Of a stretch of 20,000 nt of DNA, positions 10,972 through 18,657 are shown piece by piece. Source of the stretch: Chiloscyllium plagiosum (taxonomy: Eukaryota); assembly GCF_004010195.1 (NCBI RefSeq), contig NC_057720.1, forward strand, positions 5,018,424-5,038,423, in the 5' to 3' direction. Below the pieces are notes generated by a model. That model saw nothing but the letters and a program-made list of their open reading frames with translations. It was not told the DNA's origin and did no database searches. A program made the position numbers and the translations under genes. Numbering within the stretch: the first letter of the stretch is position 1; every line of letters begins with the position of its first letter.

Positions 10972-11102
10972 CTTCCTGATGAAGGGCTTTTGCCCGAAAC
11001 GTCGATTTTCCTGCTCCTCGGATACTGCCTGACCTGGTGTGCTTTTCCAGCACCACTCTGATCTAAACACTGGTTTCCAGCATCTGCAGTCCTCACTTTT
11101 GC
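10972..11102 (+). mobile_element. Short Penelope-like (pLTR-derived) insert, family A
   Basis: Perfect 13-bp TSD CTTGGAGCTAAGG at 10959-10971 and 11103-11115. It begins with a hammerhead core and is homologous to 14203-14302 and 15931-16056. Confidence 0.75.
10974..11005 (+). ncRNA. Minimal type I hammerhead ribozyme motif
   Basis: CUGAUGA (10976-82), extra A, helix II GGGC-UUUU-GCCC, GAAA (10996-99), palindromic ACGU helix III, and a GUC site with predicted cut after 11003. Helix I is only 2 bp in this copy. Confidence 0.7.
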
Positions 11103-11829
11103 CTTGGAGCTAAGGGTGACATGATTGATGGGTAAAAGACTGTGACGGTTTAGATAAGGCAGATTAGGACAAACTGATCCCATTTGGATAGACAAAGGGT
11201 CACAGGCTTAAGGTTCCAGACACATAGGAGTTGGGGCAGGAATTTGAGGAATAAATTCTGGAAATCACTGCCCCTGGGGAACCAATGGAAGTAGAGATGA
11301 AAAAGAGTTTTCAGAAACTGGCGGGTACTCGAGGGGAATGAATTTGTGGGACTACGGGAGTCAAAAGAGGGAGCGAGACTGACAGAAATGCTTTGCAGGG
11401 AGTCAGCGTTAACCTAATGGTCTCACTGTGTCAAAAATAACTCAATGATTTGGAGAGGGATGAGGCTGGTGACAGGACAGTCATTTGCAAGGGCACAAGT
11501 GTCAATGGTTCAATTTTTTTTGGGGGGGGGGGTGGAAATGGGGAAGCAAACTTAAAAAAAACCAAGAGAGAGAACTGCTTATCATGGCGGCTAAGATAGG
11601 GACTAGGAGGGGATACTGGGTAACCAGGAGGTTCATGAGAATGGGGTGGGAGTTTACAGACAAGGTAAACCTGGAGAGAGAGCATGGAGGGAGATGTAGG
11701 GAAAGGTATGGGTTCAGGGCTTAGATGGGAGAGAGGTGGTAGGCAAGAAATGTACAACTAATTGTGGAATTGTAGCATCGGTGACTGCTCCTGGGCAATC
11801 AGTTGATTTGTTTTTGATGGGGTTACTCA

Positions 11830-12160
11830 GAGAAGGAATGTTGACTGGAACACCGGATTAACTCCTGCCTTTCTTTATTTCCCAGTTAAGAGCCATTGGA
11901 TACAATGCACCAAACACAGGCCAAAGGGATTGGCTTAGTTTGGCAAACTTGGCTGGCATGGATAGGTTAACCTGAAGGGTCTGTTTCCGTACTGTGCGAC
12001 TCAATGACTCAAGCACTGAGGGCTTTCATTTCAATAGCTCATCTGTGAAAGGGCACTCTCAGCAATGTGGTACTCCCTCAGCTGGCACTGAAATGCCAGC
12101 AGAATGCAGCAGTCTGCTCGAGTGCTCCATGGGGAAGTGGGATTTGAACACAGAGAGCAG
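11830..12160 (-). mobile_element. Old Deu-domain SINE (SacSINE1-like), interrupted by a LINE tail
   Basis: ctcatctgtgaaagggcactctcagcaatgtggtactccctcagctggcactg..gggatttgaac resembles the reverse of the DeuSINE core and tRNA head (recalled). It is similar to 12960-13070. Confidence 0.55.
11905..12010 (+). mobile_element. CR1/HER1-like 3'UTR fragment
   Basis: gaagggtctgtttccgtactgtgcgactcaatgactc matches the tails at 4760-4795 and 7850-7885. Confidence 0.75.
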
Positions 12161-12202
12161 AATCAATTAGGATTCTATCCAGCTGCTCCTCCCATTCACA
12201 GC

Positions 12203-12222
12203 CACACACACACACACACACA
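12203..12222. repeat. (CA)10 microsatellite, read as (UG)10 on a minus-strand transcript
   Basis: Read directly from the sequence. Confidence 0.95.
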
Positions 12223-12242
12223 TACAAAATAAAAACTCCAAC

Positions 12243-12381
12243 CTGGAGTACTGTTCCATTCTTCGATATCCTTTAGTTCTGCTTCCATACACTCGCTGTC
12301 AGGAGAGGCTGCAGCTGCCGGAGGGTTAATTAACAAAGCATTCGCTTCAATTGCTTCCTCTTTCAGAGTCCTCGTGTATCC
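12243..12381 (-). CDS. Candidate internal coding exon (139 nt, phase 0 to phase 1): GYTRTLKEEAIEANALLINPPAAAASPDSECMEAELKDIEEWNSTP(G)
   Basis: Acceptor ttgtgtttccattgcag|GG (12382/12381) and donor CAG|gttgga (12243/12242). Only one of three frames is open, several CpGs are retained, and there is no TE similarity. Protein not identified. Confidence 0.55.
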
Positions 12382-12624
12382 CTGCAATGGAAACACAAGA
12401 TTCTCAAGAGCCAGGAGTCACTGTAACTCTCTGCCGCCTGTTTCTCTCAGGTTCACAGCGATATGCACTCACATTTCCAAACCGTCACCCACAATGCCCC
12501 AGATGTGCATACGAGCTGTGCACTGCTCGGAGTAAAATGAACAAAGACCTTGCAACTGAATCACACATTTCACAAAACCAGAGATAAAGCATGTTGAAGC
12601 TGGTTATTGACTGACTTCAAACAG

Positions 12625-12830
12625 TGGATGGTGAGTTAAGGAACGAGCTGCCAGAGGAAGTGGTAGGTGCAGGTAAAGTTATAACATTTGAAAGACATTT
12701 GGACAGGTACACGAACAGGGAAGGTTTAGAGGGACAGGGGCCAAACACAGGCAAATGGGGCTTGTTCAGTTTGGGAAACCTGGCCAGTATGGACGAGTTG
12801 GGCCGAAGGTGCTGTGCGACTCTATGACTA
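12625..12830 (+). mobile_element. CR1/HER1-like 3' fragment
   Basis: NELPEEVVGAG..TFERHLDRY.NREGLEG, plus tail gactctatgact. Confidence 0.85.
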
Positions 12831-12849
12831 ACATACAGGAAGTGTGTGC

Positions 12850-13125
12850 AAGGATGGGCGAGAGGTCAATGTTAGCAAGGACATTGAGGACATCATCCTG
12901 CTCTCAAAATGAAACAGAACCTCTGCTATCTTATGTGTCTAGCTGAAAAGGCAATTGTAACAGCTCATCTGACAGACAGCATCTCTGGCGCTGCGGCACT
13001 CTGTCAGCCCTGCACTGGTACATCAGCCAGGATTCTGAGCTCAGATCTCTGGACTGGGATTTGAATTTGAATTCCCAATCCCTGAATGCAAAGTAGGATT
13101 CCCACCCAGAGACACTGCTGATACA
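12850..13125 (-). mobile_element. Old Deu-domain SINE (SacSINE1-like)
   Basis: ctcatctgacagacagcatctctggcgctgcggcactctgtcagccctgcactgg..ctctggactgggatttgaa is homologous to 12035-12150. Confidence 0.55.
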
Positions 13126-13380
13126 AACTAATGAAATTCCATTTGTAATTTTGAACCTTGCAAACTTTAGATCGATAGGATTTGGTGTCATCGTGACTCC
13201 AGTGGTTTGTAAAACTACGGAATTTGGTTCATTATGTCTGCATTGTGGGGAAAAATAGCTTTTGCATTAAAAAAGGAAGAGTTGTACTGTTTAAGGTTGT
13301 TAGCTTCATTAGAAAGGGAGGTTATGAGTGTAGGAAATAGGAACTGGAGTAAGGCATTCCGGCCTTTGCACCTGACCCAC

Positions 13381-14106
13381 TGTTATGAAGCTGTAGGTGT
13401 GTACTGTACCTTTAAGAGAGTTGAAAAGCTAGCAAGGATTGACCGAAAGAGTGTCCTAAACAAGGTCAAAATGGAACACTTGGTCAAACAAATAGCTGGA
13501 GTTGTGTGGAAGAAAAACAAATCCAAATTTGGCCAATCAGTTTGAATGATGTCCCAAGATACAAAAATCCAATCGAATTTAAAATATGTTTTTTATGACA
13601 TCAAAACCAACGAAATGTTCTGATGTGTAGGGGTATAAAACTGGACCTTTTGAACTATTAGGAGGAGAACTGCCAAGCAACAACAAGTATAGACTGCCAG
13701 ATGACTAGCTTTCCGAAGGATAGCTGTTCATATGGAAACCTGTGCAGCAGAATACTAAAGAAAAGATGAAAGAGGAAAATCTGCAGAGGAGGATATAAAG
13801 AGAAGATTCGATAGCTGGCTGGATTTGAAAGTTGAACTTTTTTTGTAAATCTTAATCAGGGGTTTTAAATCGGACCAGTATTGTAGGGTGGGAGAGAAAA
13901 GATAGGTTTAAGAGAAAGGAGTTGTAGATAGCTGTTGTTTTGAATGTTCTCTGTTGGACTTAAAGAATAACATTGTAAATTTTTACTTTAAATAGTGACC
14001 TCTAGGATAGTTCTTTGCCTCTCGAACTTTTAACAGATCACAGCGCGATGTGAGCCTGTGTGTGTCAGGTTTAAACCAGCAGAGGCATTTACCCTGTGTC
14101 ATAACA
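13381..14106 (+). mobile_element. Solo LTR (726 bp), Gypsy/Ty3- or ERV-type
   Basis: Termini TGTTATGA...TCATAACA (8-bp inverted repeat, TG..CA). 5-bp TSD CCCAC/CTCAC with one mismatch. CCAAT at 13533 and 13569, TATAAAA at 13634-40. The flanks rejoin into a CR1 3'UTR. Confidence 0.85.
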
Positions 14107-14123
14107 CTCACATTCAATATGAT

Positions 14124-14302
14124 TGCAGAATAGAGTGGCACTGGAAAAGCACAGCAGGTTAGGCAGCATCCGAGCAGGAAAATCAACGTTTTGGGAAAAT
14201 CAGATTTTCCTGCTCCTCAGATGCTGCCTGACCTGCTGTGCTTTTCCAGCACCACTCTAATCTCAACTCTGATCTCCAACATCTGCAGTACCCATTTTCG
14301 CC
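14124..14302 (+). mobile_element. Fold-back Penelope-like insert, family A
   Basis: 11-bp TSD TTCAATATGAT at 14113-14123 and 14303-14313. Inverted arms are about 14132-14184 and 14203-14258. Confidence 0.8.
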
Positions 14303-14890
14303 TTCAATATGATCACGGCTGATCATCCAACTCAGTCCCCAGTTCCCATACACTTTGATCCCTGCAGTCCCAAGAACTGTATCCAACTCCTTAACATTTT
14401 TTTGACCTCAATCACTTTCTGTGGCAGAGAATTCCACATTTGTCTTCATCTCAGTCCTTAATGGCCTACCCCATATCCCTAAACTGTGACCCCTAGTTTT
14501 AGACTCCCTAGTCATTGGAAACATCCTGCTTTATCCTGTCTAGTCCCATTAGAATTTTATAGGTTTCGATGAGATCCCCCTCATTCCTCCAAACTCTGGT
14601 GAATATAACCCTAACCAATCCAGTCATTGGTCAGGAATCAATCTGGTCAACCTCCCTCCATCGCCACAACATCTTCCCATAGATAAGGAGATCAAAACGG
14701 CTCACAACATTCCGGAACATCCCGGGCTCCCCCTTGAACCCGAGGCAGTCTGGAGGGGTCTTTCTGTGAGGATTAAGGCGGGGCACACGCAATGTCCAAT
14801 GACAAGGTGAACAGGTTCATTTAAAAACTGTGCATGACTCCTGAAGGTGAGCCCTCTCCCCGCCTAATCAGCTCATTCCACATTGCACCT

Positions 14891-14991
14891 TGTAACCGGG
14901 TAACCCCCCCACCATAACAGCCCCCTGTACCCAGGTAACCCCCTCCCCCACTATAACAGCCCCCTGTAACCAGGTAAACTCCCACCATAAG
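14891..14991. repeat. Minisatellite, about 2.7 copies of a 35-39 bp C-rich unit
   Basis: Units tgtaaccgggtaacccccccaccataacagccccc, tgtacccaggtaaccccctcccccactataacagccccc and tgtaaccaggtaaactcccaccataag start at 14891, 14926 and 14965. Confidence 0.9.
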
Positions 14992-15199
14992 TAACCAAAA
15001 ATAAAACCCAACATATACAATAGAAAAAAATATATGGAATCAACACCTAACACAGTCCAAATAAATCAACTCCCAGTCATCAGGAGCGTTGCAATACACA
15101 GGAAGCATCAAAAAGCTGACTACCAACTTCCCTAGGGTGAACTGGATGGCCACAAACATCCTTTACAAATTGCAGCTTGAACAAAGAATTTCACATTTA

Positions 15200-15560
15200 G
15201 CCACATCGTACTGTACCTGTCAGGCGTCTGCCCGCTCTACTTACCTGTCTAAATCACCCTGAAGCCTCCTGCATCCTCTTCACAATCCTACCCCATTCGG
15301 TGCCATCAGAATATTTGGAAATGTTGTCTTTGGTTCCCTCACCCAGGGCATTAACAGCTGAGGCTTAAGCACTGATCCCTGAGGCACACCACTCATCACT
15401 GCCTGCCACTCAGGAGAAGGCCTGTTGATTCTTACTCCCAGTCTCCTGTTTGTCAGCATTCTCATTCCATGCCAATATATCATCCCTGTTCCATGTGCTT
15501 TAACTTTGCCCACGAACTTATGATGGACCTTGTCCAAACCTTTTGAAAATTCAAATACAC
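15200..15560 (-). mobile_element. Old CR1 RT remnant
   Basis: DKVHH, LTNRRLGVRIN..WQAVMSGVPQGSVLKPQL. Confidence 0.85.
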
Positions 15561-15699
15561 CGCATTAGTTGGGCCCTAGTCCACACCTACCCTCCAAACA
15601 GCATCCCAGTCTGTCACGTGGCCTCTTGTTTGTTTGACCCATAACAATAAATCTGTGTCATCAGTCCTTTTGCTCGTGATTGCCTTAATTTACTTGTAA

Positions 15700-16430
15700 T
15701 GGAATATTTACATGGAATACACGCCGTCTGTGCCTATCTCATCTCTGAAGTTACATCACTGTTCAGCGTCTTTTTGTCTCTGACCTTTTGCCCGCAGTCT
15801 GTCTAGCCCAGCTCTGTTCCTGCCCCATTGAAGTCTGCTCACTTCTGGGTCGGGAGTGTGGGGCTGGAAAAGAACAACAAGTCAGGCAGCAGCCAAGGAG
15901 CAGGAGAATCAATGTTTCGGGCATAATCCCTCCTGATGAAGAGCTTATGCCCGAAATGTCAATTCTCCTACTCTTTGGGTGCTGCCTGACCTGCTCTGTT
16001 TTTCCAGCACCAAACTCTCAACTCTAATCTCCAGCATCTGCAGACCTCACTTACTCATTACCCTTACTCTGAACTGACCAATGCCATTGTCCTAAATCTT
16101 TTAATACAATGATCACTGTTCCCTAAAAACTCGCTCACTGTCACTTGATCCATTTGGCCCATTTCATTCCAAAGATCTAAGTTTGGCTGTGCCTCCTTTC
16201 TTATTGGACTGGAGGCACATTGCTGCAGAAAATTCTCCCGAATGCAGCCTAGAAAAGCTCATCCCTTACACTACACTATCCGGGTATAAAGGTGAATGAA
16301 GTGCTCCATCATAACGTCTCTGACGTTTGCACTTCTTGGTAATTTCCTTCCTCTATATCCTTTGTACTGGGTGGTGCTTCAGCTATTACACCGAGCAACA
16401 TAATTATACCCTTCTTACGCTTGACTGTAG
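15700..16430 (-). mobile_element. Old CR1 APE endonuclease remnant
   Basis: The minus strand reads tta ggg aac agt gat cat = LGNSDH (SDH at 16109-16117). The rest is degenerate. Confidence 0.55.
15852..16056 (+). mobile_element. Fold-back Penelope-like insert, family A, with a degenerate hammerhead
   Basis: Inverted arm at 15852-15930, then CTGATGA-A-GAGC-TTAT-GCCC-GAAA-TG-TC (15933-15960) and the same downstream sequence as 11004-11102. No TSD is visible. Confidence 0.75.
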
Positions 16431-16724
16431 CCAAGTAGGATGGTAACCACTGAGCCACCCTTTCTCCTTTAAAAGAGGAAAGCTCAATTTGATGAAAGCG
16501 TCACCATAACAACTGCACAGGAACGGATCTGGAGAGCATTGAATTCTTGGCACCTTTCCCGTTCAGGATGACTAACTGCGATTGTGATGCGATTAGATTA
16601 ACCAGGGTTATTCAGGCAGAGGAAACCACCAGTTCAGACTTGACAGCCTCTTCTGCGTTGGAACGATCGATACCGTGGGATTGGCAAGGGGAAGGAGCTG
16701 TAGCTATGGGATTCTTCAGCCCCC

Positions 16725-16905
16725 ACAGAATAACATATGGAATGGGAGCAGGAGTAGGCCATTCAGCCCCTCAAGCCTGCCTCATCATCCAATAATATCA
16801 TGGTTAATCTGCCCCAGGCCTCAACTCCTCTCTCAAGTGTCAACTCAGTATCACCGTCAACTCCCTGATATTGCAAAAATCTGTATAGATCCAGCTTGCA
16901 TTATC
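16725..16905 (-). mobile_element. CR1 3'UTR fragment
   Basis: ggagcaggagtaggccattcagcccctcaagcctgc is the reverse of a CR1 3' stem-loop tail and resembles 17050-17110. Confidence 0.7.
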
Positions 16906-17251
16906 TGACATCACTCATCCAGGCTCAACTGCTGCGCACAACCCTCTCCATGCCCTCACTCCCCTCCTCACCTCAGCTGGAGTACTGGGTACAGTTGTAC
17001 ATGCTACATTTATAGGAAAGATATTAATAATGCATTGGAGACACCATAAGAACAGGAGGAGGCCATTCAGCACTTTGAGCGTGCTCAATCATTCAATAGG
17101 ATTGTGGCTGATCTGACATTCCTCACACCCATTCTCCTGCCCTGTGTAGCCCCAGATTCCATCAAGAATCTATTTATCTCAGCCTTCAATATACACAAGG
17201 ACTCTGCCCTCGCAGCTCTCTGTGCCAAGGAGTTCCAAAAGGCTTATAATT

Positions 17252-17402
17252 GGATGTGAGTTTGCTTGCTGAGCTGGAAGGATCATTTTCAGATGTTTCG
17301 TCACCATGGTGACGAAACATCTGAAAATGAACCTTCCAGCTCAGTGAGGAAACCTACATCCATAACCTCAACGTGAGCTACAAAATCTTCTAAAAACTCA
17401 CT
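17252..17402 (+). mobile_element. Palindromic Penelope-like insert, family B
   Basis: TSD AAGGCTTATAATT (17239-51) and AAGACTTATAATT (17403-15). Perfect 48-bp palindrome at 17283-17330 within arms spanning 17252-17361. Each arm has a half-hammerhead-like GGTGAC-GAAA-CA-TC. Confidence 0.7.
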
Positions 17403-17516
17403 AAGACTTATAATTCTCCAAGAGAAGAAATTCCTCCTAATCTCAGTCTTAAATTAGTGAGACAATGCTCTATGACCTTAGACTCTCCCACGAAGGGGAA
17501 ACATCTCTCAATATTG

Positions 17517-17711
17517 AAAGAAATTGCTGGAAAAGCTCGGCAGGTCTGGCACTATCTGTGAAGAGAAATCAGAGTTAACATTTCAGGTCCGGTGACCCTT
17601 CCTCAGACCTGAAACATTAACTCTAATTTCTCTCCACAGACGCTGCCGAGCTTTTCCAGCAATTTCTGTTTTTGCTTCCGATTTACAGCATCCAGAACTC
17701 TTTCAGTTTCT
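17517..17711 (+). mobile_element. Fold-back Penelope-like insert, family C, with a hammerhead core on the inverted (minus) arm
   Basis: Perfect 24-bp inverted repeat at 17520-17543 and 17643-17666. The minus strand from 17606 to 17577 reads CTGAGGA-A-GGGTC-ACCG-GACCT-GAAA-TG-TT. Confidence 0.7.
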
Positions 17712-18360
17712 AACTCTGTCATGACCTTTGAGAATCCTCTATATTTCAATGAGATCATCTCTCATTCTTCTGAACTCCAGGGAGTTGAGTCCCAACCTGT
17801 TTAACTTTTGCTCATAACACAATCCCTCCATCCCAGGGGTCATCACAGTGAAGTTTCTCTGAACTGCTTCCAATGAAATAACATCTTCCCTTAAACAAGG
17901 GACCAGAGCTGTCCTCAGTCCTCCTGATGTGGTCTCATTGAGCACCTTATACAGTTGCAGTAAACCTTCCCTACCATGATACACCAACCCGCTTGAAATA
18001 AGGACCCACATCCCATCAGTTGCCCTGATTACTGTTGTCCGTGTGCTCACTTTGTGTTTTGTGCACAAGTTCCACAAAGTCCCTTTCTATTTCAGCTTTC
18101 TACAGTTTTTTTTTTCCTCTTTAAATAAACACAGTCTGCTCTTTTGTTTTTCCTTCCAAAACGCACAGAGTACAGACACGGTTTACAAGAACGATTCCAG
18201 GAGTGGGAAGTTTCGATGATGTCGATAGATTGAAGAGATTGGGACTATTCTCCATGGAGAGGAGACGGCTGAGAGGCAATCTGATCGAGGTTTTCACAAC
18301 CACGAGGGGGCTGGATGCAGGAAATGACCCTGCTCGTAAAAACAGAAGGACGCACATTTT

Positions 18361-18657
18361 CCAGAACTAGAGGGCATAGGTTTAGGGTGAGAGGGGAAAG
18401 ATATAAAAGAGAATTAAGTGACAACTTTTTCACGCAGAGGGTGGTACGTGTATGGAATGAGCTGCCAGCGGATGTGGTGGAGGCTGGTACAATTGCAACA
18501 TTTAAGAGGCATTCGGATGGGTATATGACTAGGAAGGGTTTGGAGGGATATGGGCCGGGTACTGGCAGGTGGGACTAGATTGGGTTGGGATGTCTGGTCG
18601 GCATGGACGGGTTTGATTGAAGGGTCTGTTTCCATGCTGTACATCTCCAAGACTCTA
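18361..18657 (+). mobile_element. Young CR1/HER1-like 3' fragment
   Basis: RTRGHRFRVRGERYK..WNELP..YGPGTGRWD*, nearly identical to 4499-4795. Confidence 0.95.

Larger units (their letters stand above)
10790..11430 (+). mobile_element. Old CR1 LINE 3' remnant
   Basis: Degenerate equivalents of LVR, FRK, RR.IRM.PG, SY..RLEKL and RGDM, interrupted by the insert at 10972. Confidence 0.6.
13328..14713 (-). mobile_element. CR1 LINE 3' part hosting a solo LTR and a Penelope-like insert
   Basis: Reverse 3'UTR at 13328-13380 continues at 14107-14123 and 14303 onward. The minus strand has GDLIETYKIL (gggggatctcatcgaaacctataaaattcta). Confidence 0.75.
17045..18110 (-). mobile_element. CR1 LINE 3' part hosting two Penelope-like inserts
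   Basis: LLQLYKVL..SLEAVQRNFT..PGMEGL.YEQKLNRLGLNSLEFRRMRDDLIEI; reverse tail at 17045-17110. Confidence 0.85.

Noticed and set aside
11431..11757. Overlapping ORFs across T/G/A homopolymers
   Set aside because: Low-complexity, purine-skewed sequence, probably an unrecognisable old repeat.
14891..14991. CRISPR-like array
   Set aside because: Tandem degenerate units without unique spacers, in a eukaryotic context.
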